A stretch of 64,000 nucleotides of DNA from Kiritimatiellia bacterium. GTDB taxonomy: Bacteria > Verrucomicrobiota > Kiritimatiellia > RFP12 > UBA1067. Position numbers and translations under genes: made by a program. The stretch's first letter is position 1. Each line of letters begins with the position of its first letter. The notes under the pieces were generated by a model. It was not told the origin of the DNA and ran no database searches. It saw nothing but the letters and a program-made list of their open reading frames with translations. Shown here in pieces: positions 1 to 9,171 of the stretch. Where the stretch lies: NCBI GenBank assembly GCA_046482825.1, contig JAWOEI010000079.1:146-64145 (forward strand), given 5' to 3'.

Positions 1-741
1 CGGGATATCGCTGGCGGCATGAAGGTGCTGGAAATCGGTCCCGGCCTGGGGGTGCTGACCGAAGCGCTTCTGAAACGCGGCGCCGGTGTTACTGCTGTTG
101 AAAAAGACCGCCGTCTCGCGGAAAGGCTGCATGAATCGCTTGGATATCCCGCCGGGCTGGATGTTATTGAAGCGGATGCGCTTAAAATGGATATGGATGA
201 GATGCTTGGAAGAGGCTTTGATGCATGCATCTCCAATCTTCCGTACTCCGTCGGCACACGTATTCTGCTGGATGTCGCATTGCATTTGAACAGCCCCGGC
301 ATTATTACTGTTCTCGTACAGACGGAAGTTGCTGATCGTTTTGCGGCGGATGCCGGCACGCCGGACAGAGGACAGAGCGGAGTCTGGCTGCAGTTGGATT
401 TCAACGTCAGTGTTGTGCGCCGGGTAAGCGCCGCCTGTTTCTGGCCGCGTCCTGAAGTGAGCTCCAGTATCGTCAGACTCGACATGTGCCGCAGGAGTCT
501 TTCGGATGTTGAACGTAAGACTTTTTTCAACTTGACTCGTTATGCCTTTATGCATAGACGCAAGCAGATAGGCGCGGCACTGCGAAAAGCTGGCGGAGAG
601 CTTGAATGCAGTGATGAACAGCTTGCCGCATTGCTGCATTCCGCGGGCATAAGAATAGAAAAGAGGGCCGAACAGATCAGCAATGAAGAGTGGAAAGCGC
701 TTGCCCGTCTTTATGCCGGGAGAAGACGAATTGCCGATTGA
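1..741 (+). CDS. rsmA: 16S rRNA (adenine-N6,N6)-dimethyltransferase RsmA/KsgA; 5' end cut by window edge
   Basis: Frame 1 is open from nt 1 (RDIAGG precedes the listed Met at 19). SAM-binding motif VLEIGPGLGVLT and catalytic ISNLPYSVG are present. Stop at 739-741. Confidence 0.85.
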   Translation, partial: RDIAGGMKVLEIGPGLGVLTEALLKRGAGVTAVEKDRRLAERLHESLGYPAGLDVIEADALKMDMDEMLGRGFDACISNLPYSVGTRILLDVALHLNSPGIITVLVQTEVADRFAADAGTPDRGQSGVWLQLDFNVSVVRRVSAACFWPRPEVSSSIVRLDMCRRSLSDVERKTFFNLTRYAFMHRRKQIGAALRKAGGELECSDEQLAALLHSAGIRIEKRAEQISNEEWKALARLYAGRRRIAD

Positions 742-861
742 ATTGTGAACCGCCCGGCTCGGTTATGTAATCGCTGTTTATCGCAGATCAGTGCCGAATC
801 CGCAGTGATTCTCTACGGTACAGTGACTTTCAGAACGAATTCCAATATACTGTCATTAACG

Positions 862-2043
862 ATGAGATTTTTTATCATATACTTTCTGTTACTGAGTGCA
901 TCTGCAACATACGCTCAGCCCCTTGCGCATAAATCTTCTGAACTTAACAGATCTTCAATTTCCGCCCGGCCTATTCATTCGGGGGATGGTTCAGTTGTTA
1001 TTTTCTCATCTCAGGCCCGGCGTCATTACCGCGGTCCTGTACTGATATTTGTAAACCGTACAAAAACTCTGTTTCAAAGCGGACTTAACCTTAAACTCGG
1101 TTCGGATAAATGTCCTCTTGAAATAAGAATCGGAGATAAAAGCAACGGAGACAGATCCGTGCTTACAGCAAGGGTACGCGATGTCAACGGCGGTATCAGG
1201 GAAAGAATAGACCTCCCTGATCCGGAAGCCGCCGATTTAAACCAATTCCGGCGGGCTGTGGCTGTGGCTTTTCTACGGGTCTGGATGCTGGAAAACGGCG
1301 GAACCGACAAGACAATGCGTGATCTGCCTTCCTGGCTGATCAACGGAATGATGCGCTTTCTGCAGGGGAAATATCGTCAGGCTGATCTTGACAGGACTTA
1401 TCTGCTGTGGTCGCACGGCTGCCTGCCTCCTGCCGAACGGCTCTATTCTTTCAACAGTTTCGCCGCAAAAGAAGAGCCAGCAGTCGCTTCCGTGCTCACT
1501 GGCTGGTTTCTGGAAAAACGCGGACATGCCTTTAAATTAATGCTTAAAAAAACTGCGCTCGGAGTTGAATGGAGCCCTCAGACAGCGGCGGCGATTCTTG
1601 TCGATGGCTTTCAGGGGGATTTTGACCGCATATTCGATCTGAGGATGTTCGCTCTCGGCCGTCGAGTAATACAACCGGGAGTTACAACACCCGGAATAAT
1701 GAGTAGATTCCGTTCTGAATTATTGCTTTTCCCTTCGGATTATGGGATGATGTTCAACAAAACGAATTTCGTTTATACATTCAGGGATGCTGTCAGATTT
1801 TCAGATCGGCATGCAATTAAACAGGCGGCTTCTGAAAAAGCTTTGAAGATACGTGCTGTTACAGCGGGACGTGATGGCGCGCTTCTTGCTCTTTCAGAGA
1901 AGTACGGGCGCTTTCTGCGGGCTTTGGCCGGAGGAGAAAACGAGTCAGACCTGTTGAGTATGTTGCGTCAGGCGGAGGCAATGCGGCTTGATCTGGAGAA
2001 GAGCCTGGAGGACGGAAAGATTTTAAAACGGAAAGATTTTTAA
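862..2043 (+). CDS. hypothetical secreted protein (no family recognised)
   Basis: ORF 745..2043. I prefer the ATG at 862 because MRFFIIYFLLLSASATYAQ reads as a signal peptide. The 39 codons after GTG 745 look non-coding. Confidence 0.5.
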   Translation: MRFFIIYFLLLSASATYAQPLAHKSSELNRSSISARPIHSGDGSVVIFSSQARRHYRGPVLIFVNRTKTLFQSGLNLKLGSDKCPLEIRIGDKSNGDRSVLTARVRDVNGGIRERIDLPDPEAADLNQFRRAVAVAFLRVWMLENGGTDKTMRDLPSWLINGMMRFLQGKYRQADLDRTYLLWSHGCLPPAERLYSFNSFAAKEEPAVASVLTGWFLEKRGHAFKLMLKKTALGVEWSPQTAAAILVDGFQGDFDRIFDLRMFALGRRVIQPGVTTPGIMSRFRSELLLFPSDYGMMFNKTNFVYTFRDAVRFSDRHAIKQAASEKALKIRAVTAGRDGALLALSEKYGRFLRALAGGENESDLLSMLRQAEAMRLDLEKSLEDGKILKRKDF

Positions 2044-2091
2044 TAGAAACCCGGTGCAGACTGGATACGGGTATCAATTTTCAGGATAAAT

Positions 2092-3486
2092 ATGGCTGGT
2101 AGCGGAAAAAAAACGATTGTAGGAAAAATTCATCCGGATGTACTTTCCTTCACTGTCGGCAAGGACCCTGTGCTTGACAGGGAGCTTGCTATCTGGGACT
2201 GCTGCTGTACGGCAGCACATGTTACAATGCTTTCAAAGATGAAAGTTAATCCGCCTGTATTCACGCCGGCTGAACGCGACAAGGTGCTTGAGGGTTTGAA
2301 ACAGGTTGCTGTTGATGTTGTTGACGGAAAGTTTTCTATTACCGAATCTGATCAGGATGTTCATCTTGCGATTGAGCGCAGACTGACTTCGATGCTGGGG
2401 GATACGGGACGCAAGGTGCATACAGGACGTAGCAGAAATGACCAGGTGGCTGTGGATATTAGATTGCACATGCGTGATCAGCTTCTGGGACTTTTCGAAG
2501 AGGTTGCCGGTCTTTCCTCTGTTCTGGTTGAATTCGGAAAAACCCATTCGGGGGTGCCTATGGTGGGGCGTACACATCTGCAGCCTGCTATGCCCAGTTC
2601 TGTCGGGCTCTGGGCAACCGCCTGGGCGGAAACACTGCTGGATGATCTTTTTATGGCCGAAGCCGCCTACCGTCTGAATGACCGCTGTCCGCTTGGATCC
2701 GCCGCTGCTTATGGAGTTCCGCTTCCGCTGGATCGTGAACTCACATCGCAGCTGCTTGGATTTGAACAGCCGCATCACAATGTTCTGCATGCCGCTAATG
2801 CACGCGGAAAGATAGAATCTGTTGTTCTGGCAGCCTGCGGCCAGCTCATGCTGACTCTCTCCCGCCTTGCAGAGGATCTGATCCTGTTTTCCATGCCCGA
2901 ATTCGGTTACTTTGTCCTGCCGCCGGAGCTTTGTACGGGCAGCAGTATCATGCCGCAGAAATATAATCCGGATGTACTGGAACTGATCCGCGCGAAAGCC
3001 GCGGTTGTCACGGGATACGGCACGACAGTAAATACAATTCTGAAAGCCATGCCTGGAGGCTACAACCGTGATGTACAGGATACCAAGGAACTTTATATGG
3101 AAGGTATGCGGATTACCCGCTCATCCATGCGCATTATGTCTCTGATGGCGAAGTCGCTCGAGGTCCGCCCTACAAAACTGCGCGAAGCTTTCAGCAGCGG
3201 TGTTTTCGCCACCGATAAAGCTCTTGAAATGGTTGCGGGCGGTATGCCTTTCCGTGATGCCTACCAGTATGTGCGTTCTCATCTGGATGACCTTGAAAAA
3301 GCTGATCCTGATGCCGCCCTGGCCGCAAAAACCCATCTCGGAGCGCCCGGCGGTCTGGATTTCGATGGTTATCGCAACAGAATCCGGGAAATTCTGAAGG
3401 GGATCCGTTCAAGACGCAGGACTTCTGAGCGTATCCTCGGCAAGCTTCTCGGCATCAGCATTTCAAAACGGTCTCAGAGCTTGTAA
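2092..3486 (+). CDS. argH: argininosuccinate lyase
   Basis: 464 aa. Fumarate-lyase superfamily motifs TGRSRNDQV and GSSIMPQKYNPD are present, and the length is typical of ArgH. Confidence 0.93.
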   Translation: MAGSGKKTIVGKIHPDVLSFTVGKDPVLDRELAIWDCCCTAAHVTMLSKMKVNPPVFTPAERDKVLEGLKQVAVDVVDGKFSITESDQDVHLAIERRLTSMLGDTGRKVHTGRSRNDQVAVDIRLHMRDQLLGLFEEVAGLSSVLVEFGKTHSGVPMVGRTHLQPAMPSSVGLWATAWAETLLDDLFMAEAAYRLNDRCPLGSAAAYGVPLPLDRELTSQLLGFEQPHHNVLHAANARGKIESVVLAACGQLMLTLSRLAEDLILFSMPEFGYFVLPPELCTGSSIMPQKYNPDVLELIRAKAAVVTGYGTTVNTILKAMPGGYNRDVQDTKELYMEGMRITRSSMRIMSLMAKSLEVRPTKLREAFSSGVFATDKALEMVAGGMPFRDAYQYVRSHLDDLEKADPDAALAAKTHLGAPGGLDFDGYRNRIREILKGIRSRRRTSERILGKLLGISISKRSQSL

Positions 3487-3554
3487 TGCCCGTTTTCACC
3501 TATAGAAAATTTTCCGTAAGCGGATATTTATCACTGACTTAGTAGGGAGAAAAA

Positions 3555-4334
3555 ATGAACAGAAAAGTAAGAAAAATGATGACGGCAGGTTTGATTCTCT
3601 GTCTTGGAATGGTTTCTACAGCATTTTCTCAGGCAGCCGATGCTGTCGTGGCTGAAGGGGCTTCAGAAAATGTTTACGGTATGACATTGACACAGGCCTG
3701 GGAATACGGGGGATGGGTCATGTGGGTGCTGGCTGGCATATCGATTTTTGCATTGGCTCTGGTGCTCTATTTTATAACCGCGCTTAGAGGCGGAGCAATT
3801 GTACCCCGGATGCTGATCAGTGATGTGCTGGCGAAAATCCGCAGTAATGACATGAGCGAAGTGCGGCGTCTCAGTGAGCGTCATCCATGCCCCTTTTCCG
3901 CCATAGTACTGAGTACCCTTGACTGTCTTCGCAATGTGCCCCGCTGCGATGTCGGAATGCTGCGCGGAGCGGCCGAAGCAGAAGGGGCCCGCCAGGCTGA
4001 ATCCATTCAGGGACAGACTCAGCTCCTGCTGGATGTCGCCACTATCGCACCGCTTCTCGGCCTTCTGGGAACCGTTCTCGGTATGCTTAAGGCGTTCAGC
4101 TCAGTGGCACACGATGTCGCCAGTGCCAAGCCGGTTGTGCTTGCCGCCGGTGTTTCACAGGCCATTGTCACTACGATTTTCGGTCTTATTGTCGCAATAC
4201 CATGTATGGCGTTTTATGCATGGTTCCGCAGACGCGCCGCCTGCCAGATATCCAACCTGGAGGCCGCGTCTAATGAGGTTGTCACCTCTATAATCGGCAT
4301 GGGAACACAGATGGATATCTCGGAAAAGGAATAA
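3555..4334 (+). CDS. exbB: MotA/TolQ/ExbB-family proton channel (ExbB versus TolQ cannot be distinguished by eye)
   Basis: 259 aa with an N-terminal signal-like segment and three TM helices. Family motif LLGLLGTVLGMLKAF. SD AGGGAGA lies upstream of the ATG. Confidence 0.85.
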   Translation: MNRKVRKMMTAGLILCLGMVSTAFSQAADAVVAEGASENVYGMTLTQAWEYGGWVMWVLAGISIFALALVLYFITALRGGAIVPRMLISDVLAKIRSNDMSEVRRLSERHPCPFSAIVLSTLDCLRNVPRCDVGMLRGAAEAEGARQAESIQGQTQLLLDVATIAPLLGLLGTVLGMLKAFSSVAHDVASAKPVVLAAGVSQAIVTTIFGLIVAIPCMAFYAWFRRRAACQISNLEAASNEVVTSIIGMGTQMDISEKE

Positions 4335-4339
4335 ACATC

Positions 4340-4774
4340 ATGAATTTCAGGAAGAACAATAAAGGTGAATTACCGGCCTTTCAGATGACGGCGATGATGG
4401 ATATTGTTTTTTTGTTACTCTGCTTCTTCATCACAACTTCGGTCTTTTCACAGTGGGAGTATGAGATTGATATCAGTCTGCCTTCAGCGGAGAGCGGTAA
4501 AGTGCCGGAGCGCCTGCCCGGTGAAATCATTATCAATGTTGCAGAAGACGGACGGGTTTCAATTAATCAGCAGGACCTGACTATGAATGCGCTGAAAAGG
4601 CGGCTTGATCGTCTGGCCCGTTATTTTCCCGGTCAGCCTGTAGTCCTGCGTGCAGACAAGGATACCAGATATGATGACCTGATAAAGGTTATCGATACCT
4701 GCCGCCAGGCGGATATCTGGAATTTTTCAATGGCCACCAGTGAACACAAGGAAGTTGACGGCAACGGAGAATAA
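4340..4774 (+). CDS. exbD: ExbD/TolR-family biopolymer transport protein
   Basis: 144 aa with a single TM helix carrying the conserved membrane Asp (MTAMMDIVFLLL) and a periplasmic alpha/beta domain. Starts 5 nt after the exbB stop. Confidence 0.85.
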   Translation: MNFRKNNKGELPAFQMTAMMDIVFLLLCFFITTSVFSQWEYEIDISLPSAESGKVPERLPGEIIINVAEDGRVSINQQDLTMNALKRRLDRLARYFPGQPVVLRADKDTRYDDLIKVIDTCRQADIWNFSMATSEHKEVDGNGE

Positions 4775-7144
4775 ATGAGGATTTACGCATATAAACCATC
4801 GTCGGTCAGGATTGATAATCTTTTGTCATCACTCTTTTATGTTCTGATTGCCGGCGTTTTTCTCCTGGTTACGGCAGTCGATCTGGCTGCCGATCCGGTT
4901 GAAATGAAGGACAGGCTTCAGCTTGCGGACGGTCTGTTCAGACGCAGCCTTTTTGAACTTGCCGCCAGTGAATATAAGTCCCTGGCGGCTGATCCTCAGA
5001 CGCCCGAACGCGACTCTGTTATGTTTCGACTGGCCGAGTGCTATAGAAGGACAGGAAAACGCGATGAAGCGGCGGCTGTCTATCAAAAACTCATAGAAGT
5101 CTTTCCAGACAGCATTCAGATTCCGCGTGCACGTTTGCAACGTGCTATGATACTCATGGATAAAGGCGGTGCTTCCATAGAAGAGGCGCTTAAAGTTCTC
5201 GATATGCTGACGCAGAAAAATACGGCGGACGATGTACGTTCCGCCGCCCTTTACCACAAGGGTGAAGCTCTCGAGAAACTCAAGCGTTCTGATGAAGCTC
5301 TGAAATGCTTTGAGCTGCTGCGTAAAGACTTTCCCGATTCTGAATATGTCGACTATGCAGCCCTGAAATCAGCCTGGCTTCTCAGCAGAAAGCCTGATGC
5401 CGAAAGCAAGCGTGTATCACTGGGCATTTATCTTAATCTGGCGTATGAGTCTCAAGATGAAAAGGTGGCTGAAGAGGCCTGTTATTTTGCGGCTCAGGTT
5501 TCTCTGATCAGTAAGAAATATGAGGAAAGCGCTAATCTTTTTAAAATGCTTCGTAAAAAATATCCTGAATCCCCACGCATTGAAAAAGGAGCTCTTTCCG
5601 CAGCCTGGGCCTTTCTGTACAGCGGCCGATATAAGGAAGGGCTTGAAATTCTTGACCTTTTAATGGATGATGAATCCCATCTTCAGCGTGAAGAGATTCT
5701 CTATGTTCGCGCCAACTGCTTACGTGAACTCAGCCGTAATGATGAAGCAGTCGCCCTTTATGATCAGCAGTTGAAATTGACTCCCGACGGACGTCTGGCC
5801 CGGAAAGCGCACTATGAAAAACTGACCACTCTCTATCGCACCGGTAAATACGCTGAAGTGATTGAAGCAATCGGTAATTTTACCGATCCCGGTGAAGGAT
5901 TGATGGATAAAGTGCTCTGGATGAAAGCGGAATCAGCCATGAAAACCGATCAGCCGGACCTTGTGATACAGGCATGCCGCAGATTGATTGAAAAATGTCC
6001 GGACAGCTCTCTGGCAAAAGATGCTCTGTACCGTCTGGGTTGGATTCTGCAGAAGCAGGAGGCCTGGGAGGAAGCATCCTCCTGGTTTCTCAAGGTGGCG
6101 CAAAAATATCCCGACGATCCGCTGGCCGCTACATCTCTTTATGCATCAGGGGTTTGTCTTGTACAACTTGACCAGAGTGAAGCCGCTCTGCGCGACTGGA
6201 CAGCACTCCTTGCAAAATATCCCGAAAGCAGACTTGTGGACGAAACTCTTTACCAGAAAGCTATGGAGGAAATCCGTTTCGGACAACACCGCGCCGCAGG
6301 TGCAACGCTGGATGAACTGTTGCGGCGTTATCCGGAGTCATCCCGGAAAGCGGAGATTCTTTACTGGCGGGGAACGGTGTATCATGAAATGAATGACACC
6401 GTCGAAGCTGAAAAAAGTTTTCGCGCATGTCTGGCCGCAAAGCCCTCTAAAGAGATTGAAAGAGAGTGCATACTGGAACTCGGACTTTTACTGCAGAGCA
6501 CAGGCAAAGAGACTGAAGCCGCCGCGCTTTTCAATAAACTGCTTGATTCATCAGTTGCCGAACAACTGGGCGAAGATAAGCTGGCATGGCTTGCAGAATT
6601 TCAACATCGCAACAAGCAGTATGATTCCGCCGCCAAGGCCGCTTATGTGCTTATAAAACTCAAGCCTGATAATGGATGGCAGCAGACAGCCTGGACTGTA
6701 CTCGGCCGTGTTCACAGCGATAAAGGTGAACGAGATCCGGCAATATACGCATTTCAGCAGGCACTGGCAACCGGAGCTTCCACTGAATACGGTGCTGAAA
6801 GCGCCCTGCGTCTGGGACGCCTGTTAATGGAATCAGGCCGTTATGAAGAAGCACGTAAAAGTTTTGACGACGCTGCAGCTCGGGCGGCAAAACCTGAACT
6901 GATAGGTCTGCGGGCACGAGCCTATGCCGGACTGGCTGAAAATGCTGAACAACAGGGGGATGTTGAAGCCGCCATCCGCTACTATATAAGTGTGGGGATT
7001 CTCTTTGATCACAAGGAGATTGTGCCCAGGGCACTTCACAAAGCAGCCATTCTCCTTGAAAAACAGGGCCGCATTGAAGAGGCGGATAAAATGCGTGAGG
7101 AACTTAAACAGCGCTATCCGGGATCACCTCTGATCGGAGCATAG
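4775..7144 (+). CDS. membrane-anchored tetratricopeptide-repeat (TPR) protein
   Basis: 789 aa. N-terminal TM helix LLSSLFYVLIAGVFLLVTAV, then many about 34-aa helical repeats rich in A/L/Y with a recurring W/Y-x-LG/A-x-xY pattern. The ATG directly abuts the exbD TAA (4772-4774). Confidence 0.75.
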   Translation: MRIYAYKPSSVRIDNLLSSLFYVLIAGVFLLVTAVDLAADPVEMKDRLQLADGLFRRSLFELAASEYKSLAADPQTPERDSVMFRLAECYRRTGKRDEAAAVYQKLIEVFPDSIQIPRARLQRAMILMDKGGASIEEALKVLDMLTQKNTADDVRSAALYHKGEALEKLKRSDEALKCFELLRKDFPDSEYVDYAALKSAWLLSRKPDAESKRVSLGIYLNLAYESQDEKVAEEACYFAAQVSLISKKYEESANLFKMLRKKYPESPRIEKGALSAAWAFLYSGRYKEGLEILDLLMDDESHLQREEILYVRANCLRELSRNDEAVALYDQQLKLTPDGRLARKAHYEKLTTLYRTGKYAEVIEAIGNFTDPGEGLMDKVLWMKAESAMKTDQPDLVIQACRRLIEKCPDSSLAKDALYRLGWILQKQEAWEEASSWFLKVAQKYPDDPLAATSLYASGVCLVQLDQSEAALRDWTALLAKYPESRLVDETLYQKAMEEIRFGQHRAAGATLDELLRRYPESSRKAEILYWRGTVYHEMNDTVEAEKSFRACLAAKPSKEIERECILELGLLLQSTGKETEAAALFNKLLDSSVAEQLGEDKLAWLAEFQHRNKQYDSAAKAAYVLIKLKPDNGWQQTAWTVLGRVHSDKGERDPAIYAFQQALATGASTEYGAESALRLGRLLMESGRYEEARKSFDDAAARAAKPELIGLRARAYAGLAENAEQQGDVEAAIRYYISVGILFDHKEIVPRALHKAAILLEKQGRIEEADKMREELKQRYPGSPLIGA

Positions 7145-7251
7145 AGCAAGTCGTATTACTCACTGCGGTGATTGACCGGACTGAGTTGAAAACGGAATAT
7201 TTTAATGACTTATGACCTGAAACCCATTCAGAAGGGGAGCACGGTTAGAAT

Positions 7252-9171
7252 ATGATTCCAAAAGGATTCGAATATAGACACCAGAAAACCGAACATCACT
7301 GGGTGCTTGTGGGAGTTGCAGTCCTGTTTTCCGCTCTGCTTCATGTTCTGTTTATCTACTTTTGCGGGGACTGGAGTTTCACCGGCCTGACAAATATTAC
7401 GGAAAAAAGTCGTGAGTGGCTGATGCCTGACAAGGTGCCTCCGATGCGGGTCGAAACACTCAGCACCGATCCAATGCGCATTATGGATAAAGTTCCGGGC
7501 GAACGCGATACGCCGAGTCGCGGACCGATTGAGGTGAGCGATCGCGTCAAAGAACTCAGTCAGGAAAGCAGTCCGGCTCTTACCGCACCGCCGCCTATAC
7601 CGCGCGAAGCTCTCTCGCCCGGAGTTCCGGCTTTGAGTGAGACAAGCGTGGATGATGTTGATACATCACCGTGGATGCCGCGTCAGGAAATCAAACAGAT
7701 CTTTGACCGTACTGTCAAAGATGAAGCCGCCATGCTTCCCCGCCGCGAGATCCCCATGGTGGAACGTATCCCCGATGCCCCGGATATCACTCCGTCAATT
7801 GACCTTGCCGGTCGCAAGTTCGGCAGGGAAGTTGAACCGCCGAGACCTTTGAAAGCTGCTGAAGTTTTTGATACGGAAATTGTTAAGGGAACGTTTGTAA
7901 AACCCGAGGTTCCTGCGCCTGCTGAATCCTCCGAAAAAGAGAAAATCCTGACTGAAAATAAATTTGCCGATAAACCCGGCGATAAACGAATCAGCAGTGA
8001 GAAGGGGAAACCGGGTATTAAAAAGGAAGAGCCTCCAGTTGAAACACCTTCACTGCCGCCTTCGAAAAGCGAGGAGGAAAAACTGGTTGAAAAAACACGC
8101 GGGAAAATTAAACAAATTGAGGAAAAAACCGAATATAAGTTGATTGACAACTTGCTTGCCGTAGGCCTGGAAACTTATACAGACCCTAATGAATCTGAGC
8201 GTCTTTATTTCCGCATAGGTATTCAGCCTCGTACGGACAAATCCATACCGGTTGTTCCAAAGGATATTCTATGGGTGCAGGATGTGTCGGCGTCCATGAC
8301 AGAAGAACGTCTCAGATTCTGCCGTAAAGCTTTGCACACTGCAATGTCAACTATGAATCCTAAGGACAGATTTAATATCATCGCTTTCCGGGATAAATTT
8401 GAAAGCTGTTTCCCCGGTTGGTCCGAGTTGACTCCGGAGAGCCGGAAAAAGGCGACTGATTTTATCTCTTCAATGCGTTCGTTCGGTCAGACAGATGTTT
8501 TCGGTTCACTTCGTTCACTGCTGAAATATGAACGTGATCCTTTGCGTCCTATGATTGCTTTTGTGGTAACTGACGGCAAACCTACAATCGGTTTGACAGG
8601 CAGTTCAAAGATTATCGCCTCTTTTTCCGAATTGAACAGCGGTCTGATGTCTGTTTATATGTACGGCACACATAAAAAAGCGAATGATTATCTGCTCGAT
8701 ATGCTTACATATTGCAACAGAGGCAAAGCCGTTATTCTTGACGGCAGCCGCTGGGATATTCCGCAATCCATGTTGACTGTTGTCAATGCTTTCCGTGATC
8801 CGGTGCTTGGGGATATATCGGTTACTTTCAGCAGTGAATCCAGAAGTGAAGTTTATCCGCGAAAAACCAGTAATCTCTACAAGGAACAGCAAATTCAACT
8901 GATAGGTATCTGTCCGGCCGGTACTGAAGAACTGGTTTTTCAGGTCAGAGGTCTGGCTGCCGGTAAAGGATATGATTCTGTATTCCGTCTTAATATCAAA
9001 AAGCATGGCAAATCCGGTTCCCGCCTTTTGAAAGAGCATTGGGCCCGCCAGAAAATGTTCTATCTGGCAGGTGATTATTCCGTTAATCCTCACCAGCAGA
9101 CTTTTGCTGAAATGCTTAAAATCAATAAAAAATTCGGCGTCGAAATTCCCTATAAGATCGATTTGAAGTAA
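7252..9171 (+). CDS. single-pass membrane protein: TonB/TolA-like anchor, Pro/Glu/Lys-rich spacer and von Willebrand factor A (MIDAS) domain
   Basis: 639 aa. TM helix WVLVGVAVLFSALLHVLFIYFCG. Low-complexity P/E/K/S region spans roughly residues 55-290. VWA MIDAS residues are DVSASMT, FGQTDV and VVTDGKPT. SD AGGGGAG lies upstream. Confidence 0.75.
   Translation: MIPKGFEYRHQKTEHHWVLVGVAVLFSALLHVLFIYFCGDWSFTGLTNITEKSREWLMPDKVPPMRVETLSTDPMRIMDKVPGERDTPSRGPIEVSDRVKELSQESSPALTAPPPIPREALSPGVPALSETSVDDVDTSPWMPRQEIKQIFDRTVKDEAAMLPRREIPMVERIPDAPDITPSIDLAGRKFGREVEPPRPLKAAEVFDTEIVKGTFVKPEVPAPAESSEKEKILTENKFADKPGDKRISSEKGKPGIKKEEPPVETPSLPPSKSEEEKLVEKTRGKIKQIEEKTEYKLIDNLLAVGLETYTDPNESERLYFRIGIQPRTDKSIPVVPKDILWVQDVSASMTEERLRFCRKALHTAMSTMNPKDRFNIIAFRDKFESCFPGWSELTPESRKKATDFISSMRSFGQTDVFGSLRSLLKYERDPLRPMIAFVVTDGKPTIGLTGSSKIIASFSELNSGLMSVYMYGTHKKANDYLLDMLTYCNRGKAVILDGSRWDIPQSMLTVVNAFRDPVLGDISVTFSSESRSEVYPRKTSNLYKEQQIQLIGICPAGTEELVFQVRGLAAGKGYDSVFRLNIKKHGKSGSRLLKEHWARQKMFYLAGDYSVNPHQQTFAEMLKINKKFGVEIPYKIDLK

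Noticed and set aside
3555-4774. The MotA/ExbB plus ExbD pair as a Zorya-like anti-phage stator
   Set aside because: The sizes (259 and 144 aa) and motifs are those of ordinary ExbB/ExbD. There is no long ZorA tail, no ZorB peptidoglycan-binding domain and no ZorC/D-like nuclease or helicase genes.
4775-9171. The TPR plus VWA pair as a BatA-D aerotolerance operon
   Set aside because: No MoxR AAA+ ATPase or DUF58 gene accompanies them, and the VWA protein has a single N-terminal anchor and a long spacer rather than the BatA/BatB layout. The resemblance is noted but I do not consider it a match.
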